Assembly (NCBI GenBank): GCA_033763255.1
Contig: JANRKX010000087.1
Location: forward strand, 40,075-104,074
Origin: Acidobacteriota bacterium
GTDB lineage: Bacteria > Acidobacteriota > Blastocatellia > RBC074
Length of the DNA stretch: 64,000 nt
Direction of reading: 5' to 3'
The position numbers and the translations under genes are program-made. How positions within the stretch are numbered: the first letter of the stretch is position 1; every line of letters starts with the position of its first letter. Below are positions 39,626 to 54,034 of the stretch, piece after piece. The notes beneath the pieces were generated by a model. It searched no databases. It was not told where the DNA came from and worked only from the letters and a program-made list of their open reading frames with translations.

Positions 39626-42370
39626 TTAAGCGTCCACGCCGTGACACTTCTTGAACTTCTTGCCTGACCCGCAATAACAGGGATCGTTGCGTCCGACTTT
39701 GGGCATGGTGTTGACCACCGTGCGCGGTTTGCCTTCGTCTTCGCCAGCCATTGCCGCCGAAGCATTGGCTTTGCTGAAAGTTATCTGGCCGCGACGCGGG
39801 CGACGTTGCACACGCTCTTCGGGCGGTTGTTCCACTGTGACTTGCAGGTGATACAGCGAACGAACCGTGTCCAAATCAATTCGATCAAGCATCGCTTCAA
39901 ACTGTTCGAACGAACGTTTCTTGTATTCAACCAGCGGGTCTTTTTGAGCATAACCAACCTGATTGATCCATTCTTTCATGTGTTCGATGGCCGTCAGGTG
40001 GTCTTTCCAATGCGTGTCCACGATGTTCAATTGAATGATGCGTTCGTAATAACGCATCGCTTCAGCGCCGACCAGAGATTCTTTTTCGGCATACATCTGC
40101 TGAAGTTTGCCCCAAATGGCTTTTTTGATTTCATCGCGTTCCAGATTCACCAGATCAATGCCGGATTCTGTAATGTCCAACCCAAATTGGAATTCGATCT
40201 GAACCTTGAAAGCATCGAAATCCCAGTCGTCCGGCATTGTTTCCAGGCTGAGGTAATCGTCCATCAGCATGTCCAAAATCGCTTCAGCCGTAGTCTGAAT
40301 TTCTTCGCGCTGATCGCTCTGTTCCAACAACTGACGACGTAGCGTATAAATCGTCGTACGCTGTTTATTCATCACGTCGTCATATTCCAGCAGGTGTTTG
40401 CGGATGGTGAAGTTGTGGCCTTCGACGTTTTTCTGTGCGGCTTCGATGCGTTTGCTGACCATCTTCGATTCGATGGCGACGCCCTGTTCCATGCCCAGCC
40501 GCTGCATGATTGCTTTGACGCGATCGCCTGCGAAAATTCGCATCAGGTCGTCTTCCAACGACAGGTAAAACCGCGATGAGCCGGGATCGCCCTGACGACC
40601 GGCGCGTCCGCGCAACTGGTTGTCAATGCGACGCGATTCGTGGCGTTCGGTGCCTAGTATGTGCAACCCGCCGAGCTGCTTAACTTCTTCGTGCTCGGCC
40701 TGGATCGAAGGCTTCACTTTGTTGATGGCTTCTTCCAATTGCTCCGGCGTAGCGTCGTCGGGATTGATCTCCTGCTTTTTCAGCAACTCTCTGCCCAGAA
40801 ATTCAGGATTGCCGCCGAGTAAGATGTCGGTTCCGCGTCCAGCCATGTTGGTGGCGATGGTGACTGCGCCTTTTCGACCGGCCTGCGCGACGATTTCTGC
40901 TTCGCGTCCGGCGTTTTCCGGCTTGGCGTTCAGCACGTTGTGTTTGATGCCGGAGCGTTTCAATTGATCGGAAATCAATTCGGAATTTTCCACCGACACC
41001 GTGCCGACCAGCACAGGCTGGCCTTTTTTGTGAAGCTCTTTGATCTCGTCAATTACCGCATCCCACTTTTCGTCCAGCGTTCGATAAATCATGTCCGGAT
41101 GATCCAGGCGAACCATCGAACGATGCGTCGGCACGGTGGCGACTTCCAGATCGTAAATCTTGGCGAACTCTGCGGCTTCGGTTTCCGCCGTACCGGTCAT
41201 ACCGCCGAGTTTTTGGTACATGCGGAAATAATTTTGCAGCGTGACGGTCGCCAGCGTTTGCGTTTCGCGTTCGATCTTGACGCCTTCTTTGGCTTCAACG
41301 GCCTGGTGCAAGCCGTCCGACCAGCGACGACCGGTCATGATGCGTCCGGTGAATTCGTCAACGATGACGACTTCGCCATCTCGCACGATGTACTGCTTGT
41401 CTAGCGTGTACAGCGTGTGAGCCACCAACGCCTGATTCAAACAATGCAGGATTTCCATGTTCGACGGATCGAACAGGTTGCCGTACCCAAGCATGCGTTC
41501 GGCTTTTTCAATGCCGGATTCGGTCAGCGTCGCGCGGTGCTGTTTTTCGTCAACCTGATAATCGGTCTCAGGCGTCAGTTTAGGAATGACTTCGTTGGCT
41601 TCGTAATACTTGCCGGTGGTTTCATCCAACCCGCCGGAGATGATGAGCGGCGTTCGCGCTTCGTCAATCAGAATGGAGTCAACTTCGTCAACGATGGCGT
41701 AATAATGACCGCGCTGAACACAGGTCGAAATCTCGAACTTCATGTTGTCGCGCAAGTAATCAAAACCGAATTCGTTGTTCGTTCCGTAAGTGATGTCGCT
41801 GTTGTAAGATTCCTGTCGTTCAAAATCGTCCAGGTCGTTTTGAATAACGCCGACCGTCATGCCCAGAAACTTGTAAATCCTGCCCATCCAGGCGGAATCG
41901 CGTTTGGCCAAATAATCGTTGACCGTCACGACGTGAACACCTTTGCCCAACAACGCGTTCAAATACACCGGCAAGGTCGCCACCAATGTTTTGCCTTCGC
42001 CGGTTCGCATTTCGGCGATGCGTCCGCTGTGCAGGATCATTCCGCCAATCAACTGCACATCGAAATGGCGCATGCCTGTGGTGCGAACCGAAGCTTCACG
42101 CACACAGGCAAAAGCTTCCGGCAAAATTTCGTTCAGGGCTTCCTGCTCGATTTGTTTACGCGCCGCAGGTTCCAACTCATTTGAGCCTTCCAGCCGTTCA
42201 GCCAGTCGCGCTCGGAATTCTTCGGTTTTGGCGCGCAATTGGTCATCCGACAATTGCTTGATCTGCGGTTCCAGCGCGTTGATTTCCGCGACTACCGGCC
42301 ACAACTTTTTCAGCAAACGTTCGTTGGCCGATCCGAAGATCATAGTTAGTGCTTTTTCGATGGCGTTCAT
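39626..42370 (-). CDS. secA: preprotein translocase ATPase SecA
   Basis: The 914-aa product is collinear with SecA. The C-terminal [14 protein letters not shown] zinc finger is present. Confidence 0.95.
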   Translation of the reverse strand: MNAIEKALTMIFGSANERLLKKLWPVVAEINALEPQIKQLSDDQLRAKTEEFRARLAERLEGSNELEPAARKQIEQEALNEILPEAFACVREASVRTTGMRHFDVQLIGGMILHSGRIAEMRTGEGKTLVATLPVYLNALLGKGVHVVTVNDYLAKRDSAWMGRIYKFLGMTVGVIQNDLDDFERQESYNSDITYGTNNEFGFDYLRDNMKFEISTCVQRGHYYAIVDEVDSILIDEARTPLIISGGLDETTGKYYEANEVIPKLTPETDYQVDEKQHRATLTESGIEKAERMLGYGNLFDPSNMEILHCLNQALVAHTLYTLDKQYIVRDGEVVIVDEFTGRIMTGRRWSDGLHQAVEAKEGVKIERETQTLATVTLQNYFRMYQKLGGMTGTAETEAAEFAKIYDLEVATVPTHRSMVRLDHPDMIYRTLDEKWDAVIDEIKELHKKGQPVLVGTVSVENSELISDQLKRSGIKHNVLNAKPENAGREAEIVAQAGRKGAVTIATNMAGRGTDILLGGNPEFLGRELLKKQEINPDDATPEQLEEAINKVKPSIQAEHEEVKQLGGLHILGTERHESRRIDNQLRGRAGRQGDPGSSRFYLSLEDDLMRIFAGDRVKAIMQRLGMEQGVAIESKMVSKRIEAAQKNVEGHNFTIRKHLLEYDDVMNKQRTTIYTLRRQLLEQSDQREEIQTTAEAILDMLMDDYLSLETMPDDWDFDAFKVQIEFQFGLDITESGIDLVNLERDEIKKAIWGKLQQMYAEKESLVGAEAMRYYERIIQLNIVDTHWKDHLTAIEHMKEWINQVGYAQKDPLVEYKKRSFEQFEAMLDRIDLDTVRSLYHLQVTVEQPPEERVQRRPRRGQITFSKANASAAMAGEDEGKPRTVVNTMPKVGRNDPCYCGSGKKFKKCHGVDA

Positions 42371-42442
42371 GGCGAGTGCTTCTTACCTCAAGGTTGGTGA
42401 CATAGATGTGATTAAAGTCGTGCAAGTGATTGAAAATTCTAG

Positions 42443-42465
42443 TTGACGCTCTGACAGAGCGTCAA
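42443..42465. promoter_or_regulatory. perfect 11-bp inverted repeat (TTGACGCTCTG-a-CAGAGCGTCAA) in the secA/parD divergent region
   Basis: Seen directly in the sequence. It is a candidate operator or RNA hairpin. Confidence 0.3.
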
Positions 42466-42623
42466 GCAAGCATTTTTCGCGCTCGGCGATGTTTGCCCAT
42501 CGCCGATACGACTTTTATACTTCGGATTCAAGGCGGTCAAAACGCGATAACGATTCTTTCCTGATCTTTGTTGCAGGCGCTTATGGCTTCGTTATCTGCT
42601 CGGAATCAGACAAGGAGAAAACG

Positions 42624-42935
42624 ATGAACTCACAAACCGGCACCATAGAGATTACGGGATTGAGCCAGGAAATTTTGCAGACGATTGAACGCCGAGCGCG
42701 AGACGCGGGCAGCACTACCGAAGCTTACTTACGCACTTTGATCGAACAGGAATATGCCCTGTTGACGTTGTCGCAGCCTCAAATCGAATCGTTGCGGCAT
42801 GAAGTCGAGCTTGGCCGCGATCAAATCCGGCAGGGGCAATATCGCCGCTACGATTCGCCTGATGCGATGATGGACGACCTTGAAGCCGAGTTGCATGGTC
42901 GCCTTGCCAGCAAACCCACCGGAGTTTCTCAATGA
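42624..42935 (+). CDS. type II antitoxin, ParD-like (ribbon-helix-helix)
   Basis: RHH N-terminus. C-terminal ESLRHEVELGRDQIRQGQ...DDLEAEL matches ParD/COG3609. It overlaps the toxin gene by 4 bp. An aaggaga RBS is present. Confidence 0.7.
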   Translation: MNSQTGTIEITGLSQEILQTIERRARDAGSTTEAYLRTLIEQEYALLTLSQPQIESLRHEVELGRDQIRQGQYRRYDSPDAMMDDLEAELHGRLASKPTGVSQ

Positions 42936-43225
42936 AACAGGTGCTCCTTTCTGATTTGGCACGAACGGATTTACTGAGCATTGCCGAATACATTGCACAA
43001 ACCAACCAGGATGAGGCCTTTCTCTTGATGGAGCGATTCCGGGAAAAGTTCAACCTGCTTGCTCGCTTTCCTCATTTGGGACGGGAACGTAACGACATTC
43101 TTTTGGGTTTGCGTTGTCTGATTATGAGCAAATATCTGATCTTCTATCAGCCCGGCGAAGAGGCTGTGGAAATTTGGCGAGTGCGGCACAGCGCACAATC
43201 GCTCGAAGATTTACTGGATGTGTGA
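42932..43225 (+). CDS. type II toxin, ParE/RelE superfamily
   Basis: The 97-aa product has the ParE pattern (...IAEYIAQ.N...A......F....LA.FP.LGRER......GLR......YLIFY...E.VEI.RV.H). Confidence 0.75.
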   Translation: MKQVLLSDLARTDLLSIAEYIAQTNQDEAFLLMERFREKFNLLARFPHLGRERNDILLGLRCLIMSKYLIFYQPGEEAVEIWRVRHSAQSLEDLLDV

Positions 43226-43239
43226 GGTTAGTTTTTAGA

Positions 43240-44415
43240 ATGTCTTTTTCTTTTACCACCGCAGGCGAATCGCACGGGCGCGCTCTGGTCGCCACCATCG
43301 AAGGTTTGCCTGCCGGATTGCCAATAGATCAAACCTACATCAATCACGAACTCTGGCGTCGCCAGCAAGGTTACGGGCGCGGCGGTCGCATGAAAATCGA
43401 AACCGACACGGTTCAAATTCTGACCGGTGTACGTCACGGAGAAACGCTTGGTTCGCCGATTGCCATATTGGTCGAAAACCGTGACTTTCAGAACTGGCTG
43501 GAAGTAATGGCAGCGGAAAAGCCTGCTCAGCCGCCAGAGCGCGACCGCAAAGTCATTCGTCCTCGCCCAGGTCATGCCGATTTGGTTGGCGGATTGAAGT
43601 ACGACCGCCGAGATTTGCGCGACATTCTGGAACGAGCCAGCGCCCGCGAAACCACCATGCGCGTGGCCGTCGGAGCCTTTGCCAAACAGTTGCTCTGCGA
43701 ATTCGGCATCGAACTGGCCAGCCACGTCATTCAGCTTGGTGAAATTTCCATCGCCAATCGTGAAGCCGATTGGGAGCAGATCAAGGCAGTTTACGACGAC
43801 ACGATGTTGCGTTGCGTGGACAAAGACGCCGAAGCTGAAATGATCGCTCGTATTGATAAAGCCGGCGTCGAAGAAGGCGACACGCTCGGCGGGATTTTTG
43901 AAATCGTAGCCAAAGGCTGCCCGCCGGGTTTGGGTTCGCACACCAGTTGGAATTCAAAACTGGATGGGCAACTGGCTCAAGCGGTGATGTCCATTCACGC
44001 CACCAAAGCCGTCGAACTTGGCGAGGGCGTCGCCAACGCGGCGATGCCCGGCTCTCAAGTCCACGATGAAATTGGCTACAACGCCGACGAGAAAAACTTT
44101 TATCGAATGTCCAACCGCGCCGGAGGCTTGGAAGGCGGCATGACCAATGGAGAAGAATTGCGCGTTCGCGGATACTTGAAGCCGATTGCTACGTTGCGGA
44201 AACGGCTTCGCAGCGTTCACATCGAAACCAAGGAAGTGATGGAAGCCGATTTTGAGCGCTCGGATGTGACGGCGGTTCCTGCCGCCGGAGTCATCGGCGA
44301 AGCGATGGTCGCCATCGTGCTAGCCAATGCCATGCGCGAAAAATTCGGTGGCGATTCGTTGCGGGAAATGAAGCGGAATTACGAAAGTTACTGCCAGCAA
44401 GTCAGGGAGTACTGA
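43240..44415 (+). CDS. aroC: chorismate synthase
   Basis: [13 protein letters not shown] and full-length AroC similarity are present. The start is taken at the ATG at 43240. The annotated upstream extension overlaps parE. Confidence 0.9.
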   Translation: MSFSFTTAGESHGRALVATIEGLPAGLPIDQTYINHELWRRQQGYGRGGRMKIETDTVQILTGVRHGETLGSPIAILVENRDFQNWLEVMAAEKPAQPPERDRKVIRPRPGHADLVGGLKYDRRDLRDILERASARETTMRVAVGAFAKQLLCEFGIELASHVIQLGEISIANREADWEQIKAVYDDTMLRCVDKDAEAEMIARIDKAGVEEGDTLGGIFEIVAKGCPPGLGSHTSWNSKLDGQLAQAVMSIHATKAVELGEGVANAAMPGSQVHDEIGYNADEKNFYRMSNRAGGLEGGMTNGEELRVRGYLKPIATLRKRLRSVHIETKEVMEADFERSDVTAVPAAGVIGEAMVAIVLANAMREKFGGDSLREMKRNYESYCQQVREY

Positions 44416-44416
44416 A

Positions 44417-45037
44417 ATGGCACAGGCAAAACGCAAACTGCAAGAAGCTGAAACTCACAAACATTGGACGGTCGAAGAGTATCTGGCCTATGAAATGACC
44501 AGCCCGGTTCGGCACGAGTATGTAGACGGCCAGCTTTTCGCAATGGCAGGCGAGTCCAAAAACCATAATCGGTTAGCGGGGCGGTTATACTCAGGCTTAA
44601 GCTTTAATCTGGCCGCTGGAAACTGCGAAGCCTTCATCGAAAACGTCAAAGTCAAAGTCAGTCCGACTCGGTATTACTACCCGGACGTTGTCGTTTCCTG
44701 CTTGGAGCCAGAAGAAGGCGAAGACGCTTACGTCATCGAAGCCCCGTTGTTGATTATCGAAGTGCTATCTTCCAGCACTCAGCGCAATGACCGAGTCGAA
44801 AAGATGAACGCTTATCAAAAACTGGCTGGCTTGCGCGAATACGTCATCATTTCTCAGGAAAGCGTTCGGTTGGAAGTTTACCGCCACGAACAGGCTGGCG
44901 AAGCCTGGCAGTGCGAAGTATTTGATGACACAGAATCTGAAGTGACTTTTCAATCCGTCGGCTTGACGTTGAAACTGGCCGACATTTACCACCGCGTGCG
45001 TTTTGCGGAAGAAAGCGAAGAGGAGCAAGAAAGCTGA
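44417..45037 (+). CDS. Uma2-family (DUF820) PD-(D/E)xK endonuclease
   Basis: The pattern EY...E.....HEYVDG......G.S..H........L is present, with conserved D/E-x-K residues (PDVVV...IEV). It sits between aroC and def with 1-2 bp spacers. Confidence 0.75.
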   Translation: MAQAKRKLQEAETHKHWTVEEYLAYEMTSPVRHEYVDGQLFAMAGESKNHNRLAGRLYSGLSFNLAAGNCEAFIENVKVKVSPTRYYYPDVVVSCLEPEEGEDAYVIEAPLLIIEVLSSSTQRNDRVEKMNAYQKLAGLREYVIISQESVRLEVYRHEQAGEAWQCEVFDDTESEVTFQSVGLTLKLADIYHRVRFAEESEEEQES

Positions 45038-45038
45038 A

Positions 45039-45551
45039 ATGATTTTACCTATCGTGAAATACGGTGACCCGGTGCTGCAAAAAGCGGGCGAAGATATAAC
45101 CAACATTGACGGCCAACTGGCTGAATTCATCGGCAACATGTTCGAGACAATGTACGAGGCCAAAGGCGTCGGTTTGGCGGCTCCACAGGTCGCGCTGTCA
45201 AAACAATTGTTCGTGATGGACATCAGCGCGGGCAAAGAATCGAACGAGCGCATCGTTTGCATCAATCCCAAGATCGTTGACACCAAAGGCAAGGTCGTCG
45301 GCGAAGAAGGCTGCCTGAGCTTTCCCGGCATTTATCTGGAAGTCGAACGCCCGGAAATCGTCACCGTCCAGGCAATTGATTTGAATGGCAAGGAATTCAC
45401 TTTTGAGGTATCCGGGTTCGCGGCTCGCTGTGTGTTGCACGAAACCGATCACATCAACGGCAAGGTTTTCATCGAATACCTGAACCCGTTGAAGCGCGAA
45501 TTGGTCGGCAAAAAAATTAAAAAGAAGATCAAGCTCGGTGAATGGGAATGA
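45039..45551 (+). CDS. def: peptide deformylase
   Basis: Motifs [15 protein letters not shown] and HETDHINGK are present. Confidence 0.9.
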   Translation: MILPIVKYGDPVLQKAGEDITNIDGQLAEFIGNMFETMYEAKGVGLAAPQVALSKQLFVMDISAGKESNERIVCINPKIVDTKGKVVGEEGCLSFPGIYLEVERPEIVTVQAIDLNGKEFTFEVSGFAARCVLHETDHINGKVFIEYLNPLKRELVGKKIKKKIKLGEWE

Positions 45552-45573
45552 GCTGATCGCTCAATAGAATGCA

Positions 45574-45631
45574 AAACGGGAAATGGCACGATAGGCAAAG
45601 CTGCTTGTCGTGCCATTTCCCGTTTTTGTTT
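45574..45631 (+). terminator. rho-independent terminator after def
   Basis: The motif is aaaaCGGGAAATGGCACG-loop-CGTGCCATTTCCCG followed by tttttgttt. Confidence 0.65.
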
Positions 45632-45742
45632 CAACCGAAAAACTTAACGTTTCACACTTGACACATCAAGCAAAGATCATTAGACTGCGTCCGGTTTCGG
45701 CCAATTCCTAGATCAACCAAGGCCGAAGCAAGGAGGATTGAA

Positions 45743-46231
45743 GTGATGTCATTCAACAAAATCACGATCATTGGTTACTTGGGGCGCGACCCTGAATTGC
45801 GTTACACGCCGCAGGGAACGGCAGTTTGCAAAATGTCTGTCGCAACTACCGAACGCCGCAAAAACTCCATTGGCGAATCTGAAGAGCACACAACGTGGTT
45901 TCGTGTGACGGTTTGGGGACGCCAGGCGGAATTGGCCAATGAATATCTGGGCAAAGGGCGTCAGGTTTACGTCGAAGGCCGGTTGCGACTGGAAGAATAC
46001 GCCGACCGCGAAGGCAATCCGCGAATCAGCGCCGAAGTCACGGCCACAGACATTCAATTTCTCGGCACTCGCAACGAATTCGCTCCGCCGCAAATCAGCA
46101 GCGTCGAAAATCGAATCGAAGTCGAGAATCAGGAAACTAAGGCTGTTCCTGCGAATTCCAAAGCCGCGAAATCCAAACGCGCCGCCAGCCGCCCGCTGGT
46201 CAGCATCGAAGAAGACGAAATTCCGTTTTAA
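45743..46231 (+). CDS. ssb: single-stranded DNA-binding protein
   Basis: An OB-fold N-terminus (ITIIGYLGRDPELRYTPQG) and the acidic tail ...EEDEIPF are present. Confidence 0.9.
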   Translation: MMSFNKITIIGYLGRDPELRYTPQGTAVCKMSVATTERRKNSIGESEEHTTWFRVTVWGRQAELANEYLGKGRQVYVEGRLRLEEYADREGNPRISAEVTATDIQFLGTRNEFAPPQISSVENRIEVENQETKAVPANSKAAKSKRAASRPLVSIEEDEIPF

Positions 46232-46252
46232 TCCCGAAAGCGAGGTGCCGCG

Positions 46253-46930
46253 ATGCAAATCGCCTGCAACAGATTCAGTTGTCAGAAAGCCGTAGAGGTT
46301 TGTTATTGGGCGTGCAAATACCGCCGCGATTGCAAAGACTGGCACAACGCGCTGGCCGCCAACGGCGAAGCAATCACCGCAGAACTGATTCAAGCGGCGA
46401 AAAAATCCGGTCGCACGTTCGATTCGCAAACGTTGGTCCTGACCTCTGGCAGTAAAAAAAGTCCAAAAAAGAATCGGGCGGCTATCGTTTCCAAATCGCC
46501 GATTGCTCGCTTAGAATCCAGCGGCTTTTCAACGGCTCGCGGCGAAGCGGAGTTCGGCGATCAAGGCGAGCCAATCCCAAACAACATCACCAATATCATT
46601 TTCGTAGAGGTCAAAGAATCAATGACTGAATCAAATCTCGACACCCCAAGCAACGAAACCGCCGCGGCGACCGAAACTGCGGCAGAAGCGTCCAGCAAAC
46701 CGGCTGCGCCCAAAGCGGCCAAACCAAAACCGGCTCCGGCCAAACCGAAACCGGCGGCTCAAAGCTCCGGCCCGGTCTTTTTGCTGCTGTATCCAAATGG
46801 CAAATACAAGGAATTGCGCGAATCGGAACTGAACACCGAAGCGGCGGACGTGTTGAAAGACCCTTCATTGCGTCTGGTCAAAGGACTTCCGCTGATTCCA
46901 CAAATCAGTTTCAAATCCGCAGATGAATAG
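46253..46930 (+). CDS. hypothetical protein: N-terminal Cys cluster, Lys/Ala/Pro-rich histone-H1-like low-complexity middle and a conserved C-terminal segment
   Basis: The N-terminus is CNRFSCQKAVEVCYWACKYRRDC. A stretch KPAAPKAAKPKPAPAKPKPAA follows. A gaggtg RBS is present. It lies directly downstream of ssb. Confidence 0.45.
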   Translation: MQIACNRFSCQKAVEVCYWACKYRRDCKDWHNALAANGEAITAELIQAAKKSGRTFDSQTLVLTSGSKKSPKKNRAAIVSKSPIARLESSGFSTARGEAEFGDQGEPIPNNITNIIFVEVKESMTESNLDTPSNETAAATETAAEASSKPAAPKAAKPKPAPAKPKPAAQSSGPVFLLLYPNGKYKELRESELNTEAADVLKDPSLRLVKGLPLIPQISFKSADE

Positions 46931-47154
46931 CCGCAACGAATAATCTCTCGAGGCAACACCACTACCATCCTCAACTACGGCTTCAAGGCACAGCTTTCGC
47001 CTTGAAGCCTTTTTTTCATGTTGCTTCAGCCAAGCCTAAGCCTTGTTCATCTTGAAAAAATCCTATCCATCCTGTTTCAAAGTTTTTGGCTTCGATTTAG
47101 ACTGCACAGCTAATTAACAAACGTACGAAACAATCGCTACTCATCAACACAAGT

Positions 47155-48123
47155 ATGAAACTGATTTTTATGGGAACGCCGGATTTTGCCGTTCCTTCGC
47201 TGAAAAAACTGATCGAATCCGGCCACGAAGTTTTCGCCGTGTTCACGCAACCTGACCGTCCGGTTGGGCGCAAACAGGTTGTCACTCCGCCGCCGGTCAA
47301 GGTTTTTGCCGCCGAACGCGGCATCGCGGTGTTTCAACCAACAAAAATCAAAACCGCCGAAGCTCGCGCCGAAATCGAGCCGTTATTCCAACAAGCCGAC
47401 GCCGGAATCGTCGCGGCCTACGGGCGGATTTTGCCGGACTGGATGCTGGCGGCTCCGCGTTTAGGCTGCATCAATGTGCATTCGTCGCTGTTGCCGAAAT
47501 ATCGCGGAGCCGCGCCCATCAACTGGGCAATTGTTCACGGCGAAACTGAAACCGGCGTGACGATCATGCAGATGGACGCCGGTTTGGACACCGGCGCAAT
47601 GTTGTTGCAAGGCAGGTTGCCAATCGGCCAACAAGAAACCGCCGCCGAATTGACGCCGCGATTGGCTGAACTCGGCGCTGAGTTGCTGGTCGAAACTCTG
47701 GCCAAACTGGAACGCGGCGAACTGACGCCGACACCGCAAAACAACGCTGAAGCCACGCTCGCGCCGATTCTCAACCGCGAAGACGGACAGGTGGATTGGG
47801 CAAAAAACGCGACGGAAATTTTCAATCGCCAACGAGGCTTCACGCCGTTTCCGGGTTGTTACACCTTTCTGGGCGAACAGCGGTTGGAACTCACTGGCAT
47901 CGCGGTTGACGAAACTTTCCACGAAAACGCTCAACTTCAACACGGTGTCGTTTGCGAAGTGGCGAAGGACAGCTTCAAAGTTGCGTGCGGCGGTGAAACG
48001 ACGATTCGAGTAACTGAAGTTCAACCCGCAGGCAAACGTCCAATGTCCGCGCGCGACTTTCTGAACGGAGCCAAACTTGTTGTCGGAACCAAATTCGACC
48101 AACCGGAGGCGAAGCAATCATGA
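47155..48123 (+). CDS. fmt: methionyl-tRNA formyltransferase
   Basis: [16 protein letters not shown]..., [18 protein letters not shown] and the C-terminal domain are present. Confidence 0.9.
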   Translation: MKLIFMGTPDFAVPSLKKLIESGHEVFAVFTQPDRPVGRKQVVTPPPVKVFAAERGIAVFQPTKIKTAEARAEIEPLFQQADAGIVAAYGRILPDWMLAAPRLGCINVHSSLLPKYRGAAPINWAIVHGETETGVTIMQMDAGLDTGAMLLQGRLPIGQQETAAELTPRLAELGAELLVETLAKLERGELTPTPQNNAEATLAPILNREDGQVDWAKNATEIFNRQRGFTPFPGCYTFLGEQRLELTGIAVDETFHENAQLQHGVVCEVAKDSFKVACGGETTIRVTEVQPAGKRPMSARDFLNGAKLVVGTKFDQPEAKQS

Positions 48124-49514
48124 GTGCAAAACTTCCGTTGTTGTCTCAAGCACGTGTCGGGGCGTTTGAAGTTTTACAGCGCGTCGCTACACAAAATTCG
48201 TATGCCAGCAATTTGCTGGCGGCTCCGCGATTCGACAAATACTCCACCGAAGATCGCGCCTTGTTGCAGGAACTGGTGTTGGGCGTGTTGCGCTGGCAAG
48301 GCAAGCTGGATTTTTTGATCGAACGCCACACGCGCCGCGAAATTGACAAACTCGACCTGGAACTGGTCATAGCCATGCGGTTGGGGCTGTATCAGTTGCT
48401 GTATCTGGATCGGATTCCGGCGTTTGCCGCCGTCAACGAATCGGTCAATCTGGCCAAGGAATATGGCAAGGAAAAAGGCGCTCCACTGGTCAATGCCGTA
48501 TTGCGTGGCGCTCAGCGCGAACTGCAATTCAATATCCTGGCGGGCAGCAAAAGCCCAGTGCAAAAGCTCAGCGTCGAAACGTCGCATCCGATCTGGCTGG
48601 TCAAACGATGGATGGCACGGTTTGGCGAAGACGGAGCGCGCCAAATGGCGTTGGCCAACAACAAAGTCCCGCACGCGGCGTTTCGTTTCAACGCCAAACA
48701 AAAACCCGTCGAAGAAACCGTTGCCGAACTGGAAATGCTCAACGTCAAATATCGGCCTTCGACATTGACGCCCGGAGCGTTTGTAGTCGAAAGCGGCAGC
48801 CTGTCGCCCAAAGCTCGTTCGGTCAAAAACGGATGGTTGTATGTGCAGGATGAATCTTCGCAGTTGATCGCACGGTTGGCCGCCAAAATGGTTGCGGCCA
48901 ATCAACCGGTGAAAGTTTTGGATATTTGTTCGGCTCCGGGCAGTAAAACGACACTGATTGCAGCAGAACTTGCCCAAAGCCCTTCGCCACAACCTTCGAC
49001 TATTGTCGCCACCGATTTGCACTTTCATCGGTTGAGAACGCTCAACGAATTGAGCAAAAGACTCGGCGCGGAAAACATCCACACTGTGCGACTCGACGCG
49101 GAAAAAGACATGCCATTCCAGCCGGAAAGCTTCGATCTGGTATTGCTTGATGCTCCTTGTTCGGGATTGGGCACGCTACAACGAAATCCTGAAATCAAAT
49201 GGCGCGTCAAAGAAGACAAGATCATTGAACTGGCTGAGTTGCAGAAAAAGCTGTTGGTAAACGCCGCCGCCCAAGTTGCCCCTGGCGGTTTGCTGGTGTA
49301 TTCGGTTTGTTCGACCGAGCCGGAAGAAGGCGAAGACATCGTTGCCTGGTTTCGCCGCCAGCATCCCGAATACCGCGATATGACACGCGAACGATTGACC
49401 GAAGTCGGCCTTGATCCGACGCCGCTGCTGACCGCCAGCTTCGGCGCGCGAACTTTTACGCACAAACACGGTTCGGAAAGTTTCTTTTTCTGTGTGCTGT
49501 GGAAACGAAGATGA
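48120..49514 (+). CDS. rsmB: 16S rRNA (cytosine-C5) methyltransferase RsmB/Sun
   Basis: A NusB-like N-terminus is present. SAM-MTase motifs are [10 protein letters not shown] and DAPCSGLGT. It overlaps fmt by 4 bp. Confidence 0.85.
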   Translation: MSAKLPLLSQARVGAFEVLQRVATQNSYASNLLAAPRFDKYSTEDRALLQELVLGVLRWQGKLDFLIERHTRREIDKLDLELVIAMRLGLYQLLYLDRIPAFAAVNESVNLAKEYGKEKGAPLVNAVLRGAQRELQFNILAGSKSPVQKLSVETSHPIWLVKRWMARFGEDGARQMALANNKVPHAAFRFNAKQKPVEETVAELEMLNVKYRPSTLTPGAFVVESGSLSPKARSVKNGWLYVQDESSQLIARLAAKMVAANQPVKVLDICSAPGSKTTLIAAELAQSPSPQPSTIVATDLHFHRLRTLNELSKRLGAENIHTVRLDAEKDMPFQPESFDLVLLDAPCSGLGTLQRNPEIKWRVKEDKIIELAELQKKLLVNAAAQVAPGGLLVYSVCSTEPEEGEDIVAWFRRQHPEYRDMTRERLTEVGLDPTPLLTASFGARTFTHKHGSESFFFCVLWKRR

Positions 49515-49780
49515 TGGAGTGCCGTGTCGGCTGTGGAGCTTGCTGCATCGCGCCGTCTATTACCTCGCCAATTCCGGGAATGCCGATGGGCAAACCCGCC
49601 GGAATTCGTTGCGTGCAATTGACGGCGGACAACCGCTGTTTGCTGTTTGGAAAACTCGAACGCCCGGCAGTTTGCGTCAGCTTACGCCCCAGCCAGGAAA
49701 TGTGCGGCAGCGACAATAACGAAGCGATGAAGAATTTGACTCGATTGGAATTGCTAACCTTGCCGAGCGGAACTATTTGA
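49511..49780 (+). CDS. YkgJ-family Cys-cluster (zinc/iron-chelating) protein
   Basis: CRVGCGACC (Cx3Cx2CC) and a second Cys pair are present. The start overlaps the rsmB stop. Confidence 0.6.
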   Translation: MMECRVGCGACCIAPSITSPIPGMPMGKPAGIRCVQLTADNRCLLFGKLERPAVCVSLRPSQEMCGSDNNEAMKNLTRLELLTLPSGTI

Positions 49781-49801
49781 AAAATTTTCCCACAAACTCA
49801 G

Positions 49802-51061
<1,260 letters not shown>

Positions 51062-51120
51062 AAGTAATTGTGGGTTAGGGAGCGGGAGTCGGGAGTTTCG
51101 TATTGACTACCGAATCCCGA

Positions 51121-52356
<1,236 letters not shown>

Positions 52357-52401
52357 AGATGGCCTTACAGACGGTGAACCTTGATCGTCGGATACGAACT
52401 C

Positions 52402-53898
52402 TTATTGCGGAGACAGCCGGACATCGGCAAAAAGTTCCAAAGCGTCGTTGCCGGTTGCCACGCGCAGATTCGACAGGGTGTAATTGAGTTTCTTCTTTTC
52501 GGTCGTATGAATGTTGCTGCCGTCGTCTATTTCCATCTTGCGCGGCAACAGAATTTCTCGATTAAGTAATGCTGGCAATTCGATTCTATTCAGCCATCGG
52601 TCAATTTGCACGGCTTCGGAGCGATTGACGCCAATCTCTTTTCCAGCCACGGTCAACGCGAACCGCAAATTGATCGGCAAAGTCGAACCTGGCACGGCGC
52701 GAAATATGGCTTTGCCGTTGTCGCTCAGGAACTCCAACGGCACAAGTTGATCTTTGACCGTGAAATTCGTTCGCGGCGACAAACCATAAGGCACGCCAAA
52801 TTCTTTGCCTTTGACGCGAGCATCCACCACGCCCTGCCCGCTCAGCCGAACGTTGATTTTGTTGTCGGCGATGGTTTCGACGTTCAGTTCGCTGATGTCT
52901 GCCTGACCTTCGCCACTTTCGACATCGGTGTAATTGGTGATCGAAATGCCCGCGTTGATTTCGTTGGTGCGAACTCTTCCCTGTTTCAACTTGAAGTTCA
53001 TGTCGGGATTTTGCTGCCCGGCGATGTTCGCCAACAGCGAGCCAAGCACATTGCGTCCAAGCCGCAATCGAACATCGCTGTCGGTTGTCAACAACGCTCC
53101 AAGTTGAAAGATTTCATTTTCCAGCGCGACAACGTCCTGTGGGTTTGAGGCAGATTCGGCAACCGGTTTCGCCGCCGAAACCATCGAGTTGATTTGCAGC
53201 GCCAACACCACACGTTTGTCCATCACCAACAATGAACTCAACGTCAATTTCAGCGGCGCTTTGTAAGCAGGCGTGGAAATTTCCACCGGCAGCGATTGGT
53301 TTTCGCCGCCGCTTGCGTTGTTGTCGCCGGAGCTTCCCACGGTGAACTGGCTGGCTGGAATTTCCATCGCTTCGTTCAATTCCAGAGGCAAATCCAGCGA
53401 AGGCAGTTCTTCGTTCCATTTGTCTGGCTTCAACCATTCGCCAAACATCGTTTTGACCAGTAATCCCGAAACGCCTCCGTTCAGCAGCTTCACTTCGGTG
53501 ACGCGAATCGGCATTTTCATCTGGCCGTCGCTGATTTGCCCGCTGGCAATTCTTCCGGTCAGTTGCAGATTGACCGATTTGTATTGAAGCCCAAGTTTGA
53601 CGATGGCCGCGCCCGTCGCCAGCCGGCTTTCAATCGAAGTCAGCTTGACGACGTTGCCGCTGGCCATTTTGATTTCCAAACCGATGAATTGCTGCGCGGC
53701 TTCGACAACCGCGCGTTCGCTGATGACGACCACCGCGTCGGCAGCGCGAAGCGAATCCGTCGCTTTCAACTCATCGCGCAATCGGCGAAGTTCGACGATT
53801 TGCTGCGGATCAGGTTTCTGCGCCAAAGCCGGGACGAATCCACAGCCAAGCGCCAGCAGCACTGCGGCCAAAAATCGTTTGAACATGGTGTTGCTCAT
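52402..53898 (-). CDS. secreted hypothetical protein (about 498 aa) upstream of the permease pair
   Basis: A signal peptide (FLAAVLLALGCGFVPALA) is present. No recognisable motifs were found. It is co-directional with the permeases. Confidence 0.55.
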   Translation of the reverse strand: MSNTMFKRFLAAVLLALGCGFVPALAQKPDPQQIVELRRLRDELKATDSLRAADAVVVISERAVVEAAQQFIGLEIKMASGNVVKLTSIESRLATGAAIVKLGLQYKSVNLQLTGRIASGQISDGQMKMPIRVTEVKLLNGGVSGLLVKTMFGEWLKPDKWNEELPSLDLPLELNEAMEIPASQFTVGSSGDNNASGGENQSLPVEISTPAYKAPLKLTLSSLLVMDKRVVLALQINSMVSAAKPVAESASNPQDVVALENEIFQLGALLTTDSDVRLRLGRNVLGSLLANIAGQQNPDMNFKLKQGRVRTNEINAGISITNYTDVESGEGQADISELNVETIADNKINVRLSGQGVVDARVKGKEFGVPYGLSPRTNFTVKDQLVPLEFLSDNGKAIFRAVPGSTLPINLRFALTVAGKEIGVNRSEAVQIDRWLNRIELPALLNREILLPRKMEIDDGSNIHTTEKKKLNYTLSNLRVATGNDALELFADVRLSPQ

Positions 53899-54034
53899 AA
53901 TGTTTGAACGGAAAGCGTGGTTCAGAAGAAGGCGCGCGGATTATACCCTCAACCACTACTCCGCCGCGAAGGGCGTGTGCTAAAGTTCGCGCGCTTTCCC
54001 TGCACAACAATTCCAGAAAGAGAATCACGACTGA

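Noticed and set aside
43114-43239. N-terminal extension of aroC (MSDYEQ...) overlapping parE
   Set aside because: Homology begins at [13 protein letters not shown]. The extension lies within the parE gene.
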